64,000 nucleotides of DNA from an uncultured Arcobacter sp. (GCA_965140705.1 OZ223302.1:256001-320000), one strand, 5' to 3'. Counted from the first letter of the stretch, positions 43,779 to 53,671 are shown. The notes: generated by a model not told the origin, from the sequence alone. Numbers and translations: made by a program.

Positions 43779-43986
43779 TTTAGAGATTCAAAAAGAAGCT
43801 GCAAAAATTGGAATGACAGCAACACTGGGAGCTACTGTTGTAACTTCAATGTTTATGAAAAATAAAACTGCTAAAAAAGTCCATGTAGTAGCTGGCGTTG
43901 CTTTTTGTGGATTTGCATTATGGCATCATGTGTTATATCAACCAAAAAATAAAAGTAAAAAACCTATTCCCTTAAAAGAAAGCTAA
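43759..43986 (+). CDS. Small two-TM protein with His residues (DUF4405/cytochrome b-like motif)
   Basis: KIGMTATLGATVVTS...HVVAGVAFCGFALWHH; start may be 43768. Confidence 0.7.
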   Translation: MKEMPIDLEIQKEAAKIGMTATLGATVVTSMFMKNKTAKKVHVVAGVAFCGFALWHHVLYQPKNKSKKPIPLKES

Positions 43987-44005
43987 AGTTTTATCCTTTA
44001 GCTTT
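43979..44005. terminator. Hairpin at a convergent junction
   Basis: aaagctaaag-ttttatc-ctttagcttt. Confidence 0.65.
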
Positions 44006-44113
44006 TCTAAGTTTTCCACTTTCTTTTATCTTATTAGGTATTAACCCTGCTTCTTCTTTTAATACTTGGATTTTTTCTAATAGCTTTTCAATATCCACTT
44101 CTATTTTTTCCAT
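43991..44113 (-). CDS. Small protein, 40 aa, downstream of flavodoxin (not in the ORF track)
   Basis: AGGAGA RBS; MEKIEVDIEKLLEKIQVLKEEAGLIPNKIKESGKLRKAKG. Confidence 0.55.
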   Translation of the reverse strand: MEKIEVDIEKLLEKIQVLKEEAGLIPNKIKESGKLRKAKG

Positions 44114-44122
44114 CTTATTCTC

Positions 44123-44623
44123 CTAATTAAAATTATTCTTTATTATTGATGTCCACGATTCAACTCTTTGATTTGTAAGATCATCTTGAGAGTCTTCATC
44201 TAAAGCTAAACCTACAAATTTATTATCAACTACTGCTTTTGATTCATCAAAACTATAAGTATCATCTATATCCCATTCACCAATAATATTTGCACCTAAA
44301 CTTTTTACCTCTTCATAAAGAATTCCCATAGCATCCAAATAAGTATCTGGATAACCATCTTGATCACCTAAACCAAACAAAGCAACAGTCTTAGAAGAGA
44401 AGTCTATATTTTGCAACTTTTTAAAATTGTCATCCCAGTCATCTTGTAAATCACCATCACCCCAAGTTGATATTCCTAATATTACATTTTCAAACTCATT
44501 TATCTTTTCTAGATTCACATCTGCAATATCATGTACTTCATCTACTGATAACTCTTTCCCTATTAATTCCGCCACATTTGAAGTATTTCCTGTACTACTT
44601 GCATAAAATATTGCTGTTTTCAT
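44123..44623 (-). CDS. fldA: Long-chain flavodoxin
   Basis: ASSTGNT, STWGDGDLQDDW, ALFGLGDQ, FVGLALDED. Confidence 0.95.
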   Translation of the reverse strand: MKTAIFYASSTGNTSNVAELIGKELSVDEVHDIADVNLEKINEFENVILGISTWGDGDLQDDWDDNFKKLQNIDFSSKTVALFGLGDQDGYPDTYLDAMGILYEEVKSLGANIIGEWDIDDTYSFDESKAVVDNKFVGLALDEDSQDDLTNQRVESWTSIIKNNFN

Positions 44624-45038
44624 TACAATCCCTTTTTTTCATAATGTCATTTAATGAATAAGGTATCAATTTCACCATATATTCATCACCAGATTCTTCA
44701 AGTAATGGAATCTTTACTTGAATATGCTTATTAAAATTTTTATTTTTTGGATATACAAAATATACATATTTATATTCACTATTAAGTACTACATCACAAG
44801 CAATTTTTACCTCATTTTTTATTGATAAACTTTTTTTATCCATATCTGTGCATATAGGAATTACTTTTATAGATGGATGATTTGACAAAACTATATCAAT
44901 ACAATCTTCACATTTTTCTACAAATCTATTTTTTGTATTTCTTGCTATTTTTCTATAAACATAATTAAAAAAGTTCTCGTTTGTATTTTTATTATCATGT
45001 ATTGAATTAATTAAATTAGTACATTCATTAAAACTCAT
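44595..45038 (-). CDS. Hypothetical protein upstream of fldA
   Basis: 147 aa, AAAGGA RBS, overlaps the fldA start; YVYFVYPK. Confidence 0.65.
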   Translation of the reverse strand: MSFNECTNLINSIHDNKNTNENFFNYVYRKIARNTKNRFVEKCEDCIDIVLSNHPSIKVIPICTDMDKKSLSIKNEVKIACDVVLNSEYKYVYFVYPKNKNFNKHIQVKIPLLEESGDEYMVKLIPYSLNDIMKKRDCNENSNILCK

Positions 45039-45053
45039 ATTTTATCCTTTGTA

Positions 45054-45123
45054 TTGATAATCAATATCAAGAATTATAAATTAAACGAACTTAATGTTTT
45101 CTTATATTGATAATAATTATCAA
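45054..45123. promoter_or_regulatory. Two Fur boxes
   Basis: TTGATAATCAATATCAA (45054-45070) and the perfect TTGATAATAATTATCAA (45107-45123). Confidence 0.85.
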
Positions 45124-45244
45124 AATATATTTATTTTTACTTACTTATTTTTATACATTAATTAAGCAAATTTCTATATCAATTCAGGTATAAATGTGCA
45201 ATTAAAACTAATAAACATTACTATGATTAAAATTCGGAGAAATA

Positions 45245-46417
45245 ATGAATTTACATGAGTATCAAGCAAAAAACTTATATAGAAAATACGACATCCCTAC
45301 TACAAAAGGGAAACTTTTAACTCACCCCTCTCAACTAAATGATATATTAAGAAGCGTTGGAAAAAACAAATGGGTAATTAAAGCACAAGTTCATGCAGGT
45401 GGAAGAGGAAAAGCTGGTGGAGTTGTTTTGGTTAATTCTAAAAAAGAAGCCGACGAAGAAGTAAGAAGATTACTAGGAAGTAATTTAGTTACTCACCAAA
45501 CAAATGCCCAAGGACAAGCTGTAAACTCTATTTATATAGAAGAACCTTGTGATATAAAAGATGAAATATATTTAGCCTTTATTGTTGATAGAACGAGTCA
45601 AAGAATTATGATAATTACTTCTAGTGAAGGTGGTATGGATATTGAAGAAGTGGCAGAAAGGTTTCCTGAAAAAATTCTAAGAAACCCTATAAATCCTATT
45701 GTTGGAATCATGCCAGCTCAATGTAGACAAATCTGTGAAGACTTAGGTTTTGGCAAAGATTTAAGTGTTCAAATGATAGATTTGATGAAAAATATTTATA
45801 AAATGTTTGTACAAAAAGATTTATCACTAGTAGAAATAAATCCTTTAGTTGTGACAAAAGACAATAAACTTATTTGTTTAGATGGGAAAGTTGTAGTTGA
45901 TAATTCAGCCCTTTATAGACAACCAAAAATGAACGAGATAAGAGATGATTCACAAGAAGATGAAAGAGAACTAAAAGCTGAAAAACTAGATTTAAATTAT
46001 GTAAGTTTAGATGGAAATATTGCTTGTATGGTAAATGGTGCTGGTTTAGCAATGGCAACTATGGACTTAATCAAAACCCATGGAGGGGAACCTGCAAACT
46101 TTCTTGATGTGGGAGGAAGTGTAAATGAGAAAAGAGTTATAGAAGCCTTTGAAATTATTCTTTCTGATACAAAAGTAAATGGTATTTTGGTAAATATCTT
46201 TGGTGGAATTGTAAGATGTGATATTATCGCTGCTGGTATTATTGGAGCTGCCCAAAAGATGAATATAAATATCCCTATTGTAGTAAGACTTGAGGGTACA
46301 AATGCAAAAGAAGGACTTGAATTGATAAAAAATTCAAATGTAACAGTTTATGAAGAGGCTGATTTAGATAAAGCTGCATTAAAAATCATTGAACTATCAA
46401 ATAAAGGAGCTAAATAA
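45245..46417 (+). CDS. sucC: Succinyl-CoA synthetase beta subunit
   Basis: [46 protein letters not shown]. Confidence 0.96.
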   Translation: MNLHEYQAKNLYRKYDIPTTKGKLLTHPSQLNDILRSVGKNKWVIKAQVHAGGRGKAGGVVLVNSKKEADEEVRRLLGSNLVTHQTNAQGQAVNSIYIEEPCDIKDEIYLAFIVDRTSQRIMIITSSEGGMDIEEVAERFPEKILRNPINPIVGIMPAQCRQICEDLGFGKDLSVQMIDLMKNIYKMFVQKDLSLVEINPLVVTKDNKLICLDGKVVVDNSALYRQPKMNEIRDDSQEDERELKAEKLDLNYVSLDGNIACMVNGAGLAMATMDLIKTHGGEPANFLDVGGSVNEKRVIEAFEIILSDTKVNGILVNIFGGIVRCDIIAAGIIGAAQKMNINIPIVVRLEGTNAKEGLELIKNSNVTVYEEADLDKAALKIIELSNKGAK

Positions 46418-47289
46418 TGGCTATTTTAATTGATAAAAATACAAAAGTATTAGTTCAAGGTTTAACAGGTTCACAAGCTAGTTTCCATACTCAAAGGGCT
46501 ATTGCTTATGGTACAAATGTAGTTTCAGGGGTAGTTCCAGGAAAACGTGGTCAAAGACATCTTGACCTTCCTATTTATAACACAGTTGAATGTGCTAAAA
46601 GATTGACAGGAGCAAATGCTTCAATTATCTATGTTCCTGCACCTTTTTGTAAAGATGCAATTATAGAAGCTAGTGAAAATGGAATAGAAACAATTGTTTG
46701 TATAACAGAGGGAATACCTACAATTGATATGCTAGATATAAAAGCTGTTGTTGATTTAAATGGTTCAAGACTAATAGGTCCAAATTGTCCGGGAATAATA
46801 ACTCCTGATCAATGTAAAATGGGAATTATGCCTGAGAGCATTCATATGGCTGGAAGTGTTGGTATTGTATCTCGTTCGGGAACACTTACTTATGAAGCTG
46901 TAAATCAATCAACCCTAGCAGGATTTGGTCAAAGTACTTGTGTAGGTATTGGTGGAGATCCAGTTCCAGGAAGTGATTTTATAGATATATTAAAAATGTT
47001 TGAAGAAGATCCTGATACTAAAGCAATCGTAATGATTGGAGAAATTGGTGGAGCAAAAGAAGAAGCAGCAGCTGAGTATATAAAATCACATATCACTAAA
47101 CCAGTTGTCTCTTATATTGCAGGAGTAACAGCTCCTAAAGGTAAAAGAATGGGACATGCAGGTGCAATTATTGATGGTAGTAAAGGAACTGCTGAAGAGA
47201 AATACTTAGCCCTAGAGAGAGCAGGAGTAAAAACAGTTAGAACAATTACTGCAATTGGTGCTGCTTTAAAAGAAGTTCATCCTAAATAA
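46417..47289 (+). CDS. sucD: Succinyl-CoA synthetase alpha subunit
   Basis: [26 protein letters not shown]. Confidence 0.97.
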   Translation: MAILIDKNTKVLVQGLTGSQASFHTQRAIAYGTNVVSGVVPGKRGQRHLDLPIYNTVECAKRLTGANASIIYVPAPFCKDAIIEASENGIETIVCITEGIPTIDMLDIKAVVDLNGSRLIGPNCPGIITPDQCKMGIMPESIHMAGSVGIVSRSGTLTYEAVNQSTLAGFGQSTCVGIGGDPVPGSDFIDILKMFEEDPDTKAIVMIGEIGGAKEEAAAEYIKSHITKPVVSYIAGVTAPKGKRMGHAGAIIDGSKGTAEEKYLALERAGVKTVRTITAIGAALKEVHPK

Positions 47290-47302
47290 TAGTGAGTATT
47301 AA

Positions 47303-48037
47303 ATGAAATTAACACAAGAACAAATAGAACAATTCGACAAAGATGGTTTTTTGCTTATCAAAGATTTTGCACCACATGATTTATGTGAAAAAATCTTAGA
47401 AAAAGCAACTTATCATTTAGAAAACAAAATAAAACCAATAGAGACAGAATCTGAGTATTTAGAAGCTGATGATGAGACAAATACAGTAAGACGCCTAAGA
47501 CAAGTCTATCAAAGAGAAGAGGTTTTTAAAGAGTGGATGACATATGAAGAGACTCTTCCAATGCTTCAACAATTATTTGGCGAAGAGGTAGTTTTAACCT
47601 TAGCACACCATAATTCTATTATGACAAAGATGCCAAAGGATTCATCAAGAACATCTTGGCACCAAGATAGAAGATATTGGCATTTTGAAAACAATGATTT
47701 GATTTCTATTTGGCTTAGTCTTGATGATGAGTTTATAGAAAATGGTCTTTTAGAATTTGTTCCAGGAAGTCATAAACTAAATCTTGAAAAAGATCAATTT
47801 GATGAAAAATCAAACTTCTTAGATGAACATCCTAAAAATATAGAGATAATCAAAAATAGAGTTCATACAAACCTAAAAAGAGGTGATATAGTTCTGTTTC
47901 ATTGTAAAACTTTGCACCATGCAGGGAAAAACATAACAGATAAACCAAAAATCTCTTTTGTTTATACAACAAGAGCTCTTAGTAACAAACCTCTAAAAAA
48001 CACAAGAAGTGATGTAGAAGAGGTATTGCTTGGATAA
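47303..48037 (+). CDS. PhyH-family Fe(II)/2-oxoglutarate dioxygenase
   Basis: LTQEQIEQFDKDGF, WHQD, PGSHK, GDIVLFH..TLH. Confidence 0.88.
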   Translation: MKLTQEQIEQFDKDGFLLIKDFAPHDLCEKILEKATYHLENKIKPIETESEYLEADDETNTVRRLRQVYQREEVFKEWMTYEETLPMLQQLFGEEVVLTLAHHNSIMTKMPKDSSRTSWHQDRRYWHFENNDLISIWLSLDDEFIENGLLEFVPGSHKLNLEKDQFDEKSNFLDEHPKNIEIIKNRVHTNLKRGDIVLFHCKTLHHAGKNITDKPKISFVYTTRALSNKPLKNTRSDVEEVLLG

Positions 48038-50138
48038 CCTAATAACACTTTTAGAAGAGAAAACCTCTTTTTCTAAAAGCGTTATTCAAAATATTTTACA
48101 ACTTCTTAATGATGGTTGTACTATTCCTTTTATTGCAAGATATAGAAAAGAGCAAACTTCAAATGCAAGTGATGAAGAACTAAGAGTTTTTGAAGAGATT
48201 TATAATTATTCATTAAAACTTTTAAAAAGAAAAGAGGAGATTTTAAATCTTCTTCAAGAAAAAAACTTCTTAGATGATAAAATCAAAACAAATATAAATA
48301 GTGCTACTACACTTCAAGCCTTAGAAGATATTTACACTCCCTTTAAAGACAAAAAATCATCTAGAACTACAATTGCTATAGAAAATGGATTAGAGCCCCT
48401 AGCAAACTTCCTACAGTGCTTAAAATACACTAAAAAAGAGTGTGAAGAGAAGGCAAAATCTTTTTTAAATAAAGAAGTTACAAGTGTAGATATTGCACTA
48501 AAAGGTGCAAGTGATATTATCGCCCAAAGATATGCAGATGATTTTAAATCAAAAGAAATAGTTAGAAACAATATTTTAAATCATGGGACACTTCAAACAA
48601 AACCCACAAAAACATTCAATGAAAATGGTCTTTACAAAAACCTAGCAAATATAAATGAAAAAATAAAATATATAAAATCATATAGATTTTTAGCCATAAA
48701 TAGAGCAACAAATGAAAAAGAAATAACTTTTAAAATAGAAGTTGATGAGGATTTTATTTGTGAAAATATAAAAAAATATAAAATCCCAACTTGGGCAAAT
48801 AGTTCAAGTGAACTTGTATATGAAGCCTACAAAGATGGACTAAAAAGATTACTACTTCCTAGTTTAAAAAGAGAAGCTATAACAATCTTGAAAGAAAAAG
48901 CTTCATATGAAGCAATAAATCTTTTTGGTAAAAATCTAAAAGAGTTACTTCTAACTCCCCCTTTAGTTAATCAAACTATTTTAGGAATAGACCCTGGCTT
49001 TAGAACTGGTTGTAAAGTAGCAGTTATAAGTGATGATGGATTATTTTTAGATAGCGCAGTTATTTATCCAACAAAACCAAAAGAGGATTTCGCTAACTCT
49101 GCTAAAACTCTGTTGGCTTTGATAAAAAAACACAAGGTAAACTCAATAGCCATAGGAAATGGAACAGCTTCAAATGAAACTGCCTCTTTTGTATCAAACT
49201 TTATAAAAGAGAACTCTTTAGATGTAAAATTTGCAGTTGTAAGTGAAATAGGAGCAAGTGTTTATTCTGCTTCAAAAATAGCCAATGAAGAGTATCCTAA
49301 CCTTGATGTTACAATTAGAGGTGCTATTTCCATAGCTTCAAGGCTTCGAGACCCAATGGCAGCCTTAGTAAAGATTGACCCAAAATCACTAGGTATTGGA
49401 CAATATCAACACGATGTAAATCAAAAAGATTTGGCTTCAAAATTAGAAAATGTAACAATTGACTTAGTAAATAAAGTAGGAGTTGATATAAACTCTGCTT
49501 CATATAAACTTCTATCTTTTGTATCAGGTTTTAGTGAAACTATGGCAAAAAATATTATCGCTCACAGAGAAAGAATCAAAAAATTTAAATCAAAAAAAGA
49601 ACTACTTGATGTAAAAGGAATAGGCTCAAAAGCGTATGAACAAGGGGTGGGATTTTTAAGAATAAAAGATGGAAGTTCTATTTTGGATAATACTGCAATT
49701 CACCCAGAAAATTATGCTTTAGTAAATACCTTACAAAAAAAATACAAACTAGAAGATATAAAAAAAAGTGATATTGAAAATATAGCAAAAGAGCTAAACA
49801 CTTCAAAACTTCTTTTAGAAGATATTATAAATGAGTTACAAAAACCAGGATTTGATGTAAGAAGTGAATTTGATGAGATAGAGTTTTCAGATGATATCAA
49901 AACAATAGAAGACCTAAAAGAAGGCTTTTTTGTCTCTGGAATCGTACGAAACATTACAGACTTTGGAGCTTTTGTAGATATTGGACTTAAAAATGATGGA
50001 ATGATACACATCTCACAAATGAGCGAAAAAAGAATCTCTCACCCAAGTGAAATACTAAGCATAAACCAACAATTAAAAAAGATAAAAATCATATCAATAG
50101 ATTTAGAAAAAAACAAAGTAGGACTTAGTCTAAAATAA
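48030..50138 (+). CDS. tex: Tex-family transcription accessory protein (S1 domain)
   Basis: TIPFIARYRKE, GIDPGFRTGCK, GIGQYQHD, C-terminal S1 domain (FGAFVDIG). Confidence 0.93.
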   Translation: MDNLITLLEEKTSFSKSVIQNILQLLNDGCTIPFIARYRKEQTSNASDEELRVFEEIYNYSLKLLKRKEEILNLLQEKNFLDDKIKTNINSATTLQALEDIYTPFKDKKSSRTTIAIENGLEPLANFLQCLKYTKKECEEKAKSFLNKEVTSVDIALKGASDIIAQRYADDFKSKEIVRNNILNHGTLQTKPTKTFNENGLYKNLANINEKIKYIKSYRFLAINRATNEKEITFKIEVDEDFICENIKKYKIPTWANSSSELVYEAYKDGLKRLLLPSLKREAITILKEKASYEAINLFGKNLKELLLTPPLVNQTILGIDPGFRTGCKVAVISDDGLFLDSAVIYPTKPKEDFANSAKTLLALIKKHKVNSIAIGNGTASNETASFVSNFIKENSLDVKFAVVSEIGASVYSASKIANEEYPNLDVTIRGAISIASRLRDPMAALVKIDPKSLGIGQYQHDVNQKDLASKLENVTIDLVNKVGVDINSASYKLLSFVSGFSETMAKNIIAHRERIKKFKSKKELLDVKGIGSKAYEQGVGFLRIKDGSSILDNTAIHPENYALVNTLQKKYKLEDIKKSDIENIAKELNTSKLLLEDIINELQKPGFDVRSEFDEIEFSDDIKTIEDLKEGFFVSGIVRNITDFGAFVDIGLKNDGMIHISQMSEKRISHPSEILSINQQLKKIKIISIDLEKNKVGLSLK

Positions 50139-50239
50139 GAACTCAAACATACATATAGTCGTACTTTGTATTAATAATCAATTAATAAAATAATCTTATA
50201 CTTCCATATACATAAGCAATTATCAAAGGTATAAATTAT

Positions 50240-51106
50240 ATGAGTATCACTCGAAGACAATTTACTTACTTAGCAGGTATTAGCACCCTTCTTGCAAGCC
50301 TACCTTCATGGGCAAAAGAAAGTAGCAAAATAGCTCCTGCCCTATTTATAGGACATGGAACACCTATGAATGCCTTTGTCGAAAATAGATTTACTAAAGA
50401 GTGGGAAAAAATTGCTCGTATATTAAAAAAACCAAAAGCTATCTTAGTAGTTTCAGCACATTGGGAAACCATGTTTCCAGCTGTTAGTACAGCTGCTAAT
50501 CCTGAAACATTATATGATTATTATGGCTTCCCTGAATTTATGTATGAATTTAAATACCCAGCCCCAGGAGCTCCAAATATTGCGAAACATGTTTCAGAGA
50601 CATTCAAAGAAGAGGTCTTTACAGATCCAATTAGAGGTTTAGACCATGGTGCTTGGACTGTATTATCAAGACTTTTTCCAAAAGCTGATGTTCCAGTATT
50701 TGAGTTTAGCTTAGCCCAATCAATGACTCCAAAAGAACACTTTTTACTAGGAAAAGAGATGTATGAGTTAAGAAAACAAGGGGTCATGATAATAGGTTCA
50801 GGAAATATTGTTCATAATATTCCAAGTGCAAAAAGTGATACTATGCATGGAACTAGAGATATAGTACATGATTGGGCAAAAAGTTTTGATGAAAAAGTAA
50901 CTTCAAAAATAGATAGTGGTGATTATGAAGCTTTAATAGATTATAAAAATATGGGTAAAGATGCTCTAATGGCAGTTCCTACCCCTGAGCACTTTTTACC
51001 ACTTTTATATGTTTTAGGATGTGTGAAAAAAGATGAACCATACAAATACTTTGCTAAAGGTTTTCAAGAAGGCTCTTTTTCTATGAGATCTATTATATTC
51101 TCATAA
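50240..51106 (+). CDS. ygiD: 4,5-DOPA extradiol dioxygenase (YgiD/LigB family) with a putative Tat signal
   Basis: FIGHGTPMNA, SAHWET, GLDHGAW, GSGNIVHN, PTPEHFLPL; N-terminal TRRQF. Confidence 0.88.
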   Translation: MSITRRQFTYLAGISTLLASLPSWAKESSKIAPALFIGHGTPMNAFVENRFTKEWEKIARILKKPKAILVVSAHWETMFPAVSTAANPETLYDYYGFPEFMYEFKYPAPGAPNIAKHVSETFKEEVFTDPIRGLDHGAWTVLSRLFPKADVPVFEFSLAQSMTPKEHFLLGKEMYELRKQGVMIIGSGNIVHNIPSAKSDTMHGTRDIVHDWAKSFDEKVTSKIDSGDYEALIDYKNMGKDALMAVPTPEHFLPLLYVLGCVKKDEPYKYFAKGFQEGSFSMRSIIFS

Positions 51107-51109
51107 AAA

Positions 51110-51484
51110 TTATTTAGCCATTTTTTCCTTATAAAGTTTATGGGGAGTTGGTTTTTTATTAAAATCAATTGTCACTAAAACCACTTCTTCAACTTGAACT
51201 ATTACTTTATTTGTCGTTTTATTTCTAAGTTCACATTTCAATGTAATTGAAGTTTTCCCTACTCTTACTAGTTCAACTCCTGTAATTAAAATATCACCAA
51301 TATTTGCAGCACTATTAAATACCACTTCTGAAACTTTTGCTGTAGCGATTCTACTTGTTTCTAACAAATTTGCAGCATAAACCATAGCATCTTGGTCAAT
51401 CCAAGATAAAGCTGTCCCACCAACTAAAATACCAGCAGCATTTAGATGAGGATAAGTTACCATTCTTTGTGTTGTATATTCCAA
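51110..51484 (-). CDS. Acyl-CoA thioesterase (hotdog fold)
   Basis: HLNAAGILVGG..LSWID, GKTSIT. Confidence 0.85.
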   Translation of the reverse strand: MEYTTQRMVTYPHLNAAGILVGGTALSWIDQDAMVYAANLLETSRIATAKVSEVVFNSAANIGDILITGVELVRVGKTSITLKCELRNKTTNKVIVQVEEVVLVTIDFNKKPTPHKLYKEKMAK

Positions 51485-51620
51485 TCCAAAACCTTTTTTC
51501 TTATTTTCAACTATTTTTTATAAAAACTAGATTAAACAGGAGCCCAAAATCATCTGTATTTCGAAATGCTTTTTTAATGCTATGTAAAATTAGTATACTC
51601 GGAAGTAAAAAGGAGTATTT

Positions 51621-52733
51621 ATGCAAAAGTTTTTATATATTACTGACCAAACAGAATATAGTGATAATAGTTTCATTGGCCCTTTATTTGAAAAATACTT
51701 AACAAAACACTTCGAAATACATATTATTTATTTCTCTAAATATAAATCATCTTTTGAGAGAAAAGAGAATAATAAAATTATTATACCTCTTGCAGATAAA
51801 TTAAATGTTATAGATGTTTTAGGACATAATGGCATAGATTTAAAAGAGTATAAAATAGTAGCTGTAAGAAATGATACAAAAATATTAAAAGAAGTTCTTA
51901 AAAAAAGAATTGTTTATGAATATAAAGTTGCTTTTAGATTATCTTTTCCAAAAAGAATTGCTAAACTTCAAATTGATGAAGCAAATAATAGAAAAAGCTA
52001 TTTTGATATAATCTCAAATAAAATCAAACTACATCAAGAAACATCACTAATAAATGATTGTGACCTATTTCTTCCAACAACTATAAAAATGAGAGATAAC
52101 TATTTAAAAGATGTAAAAACAAAAACTTTTGTTATTCCCTCAGCTATTGATCCACAAGTTTTACATGAAAATATACAACATGAAGGTGAAGAAAAAAGAT
52201 TTTTTTATGCGGGTACTTTAGATAAGTTAAGAGAGTTTGAAACAGTACTAGATGCCTTTTCTGAAATTGAGAGTAAAAATTTTAAAATCATGATTTCTAC
52301 AAAAGACCCAGAATATGCCCAAGAATTATTAAGTAAATATCCTAACTTAAGAGCAAATTTTGAATTAGATAATGCTACAACAAAAGATGAGTTGTTAGAT
52401 TTAATTGCTAAAGCTGATATTGGTTTATCAATTTTACCTGATATTGACCTATTTAACACCTCAACACCTGTTAAAATTATGGATTATTACTCTTCTGCTG
52501 TTCCTTGTATTATGTCAAAAAATGATAATAATCTTTCTATTTTTGAAGATAACAAAACAGCTTGGCTTTGTGATTTTAATAAAGAAGCAATTAAATCAAA
52601 ACTTGAAGAGATAATTGCCTTATCAAAAGAAGAGATTGCTCAAATTGGAGAAGATGGACAAAAAAGACTCTTGGATATAAGAAATTATGAAAGAATAGCT
52701 GATGCTTTAGCACATCAGTTAAATATCTTATAA
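51621..52733 (+). CDS. Glycosyltransferase, GT-B fold (family 4-like)
   Basis: FYAGTL, ADIGL, PVKIMDYYSSAVPCI. Confidence 0.85.
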   Translation: MQKFLYITDQTEYSDNSFIGPLFEKYLTKHFEIHIIYFSKYKSSFERKENNKIIIPLADKLNVIDVLGHNGIDLKEYKIVAVRNDTKILKEVLKKRIVYEYKVAFRLSFPKRIAKLQIDEANNRKSYFDIISNKIKLHQETSLINDCDLFLPTTIKMRDNYLKDVKTKTFVIPSAIDPQVLHENIQHEGEEKRFFYAGTLDKLREFETVLDAFSEIESKNFKIMISTKDPEYAQELLSKYPNLRANFELDNATTKDELLDLIAKADIGLSILPDIDLFNTSTPVKIMDYYSSAVPCIMSKNDNNLSIFEDNKTAWLCDFNKEAIKSKLEEIIALSKEEIAQIGEDGQKRLLDIRNYERIADALAHQLNIL

Positions 52734-52754
52734 AAATATGCAGCTAGCATATTT

Positions 52755-53582
52755 TTATAATTCAAGTTCTTTTAGATAATCTGCAATTTTAGGAATATTA
52801 TCTTTTCTACATACTAAACAAGTAGGCATATCCCAAGCATTTTTACTCAACTTCAAAACTTTTACCTCATCTTCAAATCTTAATTTTTTTACAATACTTA
52901 ATGGCAATATTGATTTTCCCATTCCAGCTTTTACACACCCTAAAATTGTATCATAGCTACCAAATTCTAACTTTTTGTGTTCTACTTGCGTTAGTTCAAA
53001 AAGATAATCTTGAGCAAAATCACTATATGCACACCCTTTTTTAAAACTCAAAAATACATTTGGAACCACTTCCTCAAGTGGTTGAACTAAAACTAGCTCT
53101 TCATCTATTTTATTTAACACAATAAGTTCATTCTCTTTTGGTATTCCACTAATAAAAGCGATATCTACTTTATACTCCATTATCATTTCTTTAATCACAT
53201 TTGTTGTATTTGTAATAAGTTCTAATTGGGTATTTGGAAATTCCTTATGCATATTTATTAAAAAATTTACTATTCTCGTAACAGCATTTGATTCAGTTGA
53301 AGCAATAATTAATTGCTCTTGTTTTAACATATCTTTCACATCTAAAACTGCCAATTCAATCTTTTTTATAATCTCTACAGCATGTGGGTAAAGTCTTTCT
53401 CCTTCTTGTGTTAAAAGAACTCCTGAAGGAATCCTATGAAAGAGTTTACAACCAAGATTTTTTTCTAATTGTTTTATTCTAGAAGTTACATTTGATTGGG
53501 CGTATTTTAAACTATCTGCTGCCTTTGAAATTGACTTTTTATTAGCAACGCTTACAAATACTTTTAATAATTTAGAATCCAT
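52755..53582 (-). CDS. LysR-family transcriptional regulator
   Basis: SISKAADSLKYAQSNVTSRIKQLE HTH; start at MDSKLL (53582) preferred. Confidence 0.93.
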   Translation of the reverse strand: MDSKLLKVFVSVANKKSISKAADSLKYAQSNVTSRIKQLEKNLGCKLFHRIPSGVLLTQEGERLYPHAVEIIKKIELAVLDVKDMLKQEQLIIASTESNAVTRIVNFLINMHKEFPNTQLELITNTTNVIKEMIMEYKVDIAFISGIPKENELIVLNKIDEELVLVQPLEEVVPNVFLSFKKGCAYSDFAQDYLFELTQVEHKKLEFGSYDTILGCVKAGMGKSILPLSIVKKLRFEDEVKVLKLSKNAWDMPTCLVCRKDNIPKIADYLKELEL

Positions 53583-53647
53583 ATCACTTTTCCTTATATC
53601 ACTAATCATGATTAATTATTTGACATAATATCATTCTTAGTGATATT
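53583..53647. promoter_or_regulatory. LysR-type operator repeats (ATCA-N7-TGAT)
   Basis: ATCActaatcaTGAT (53598), AATATCAttcttagTGATATT (53627) and degenerate ATCActtttccTTAT (53583); all fit T-N11-A. Confidence 0.7.
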
Positions 53648-53671
53648 ATATCAAAAACAAAGGAATATAGT

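Noticed and set aside
43016..43825. Minus-strand ORFs of 186 aa and 71 aa
   Set aside because: Shadows of the ATPase and of the Fur-boxed sORF unit; no RBS or motifs.
37869..45123. Integrative island or prophage at tRNA-Ser
   Set aside because: No integrase, no repeat of the tRNA 3' end seen, no obvious compositional shift; only the S24 domain hints at it.
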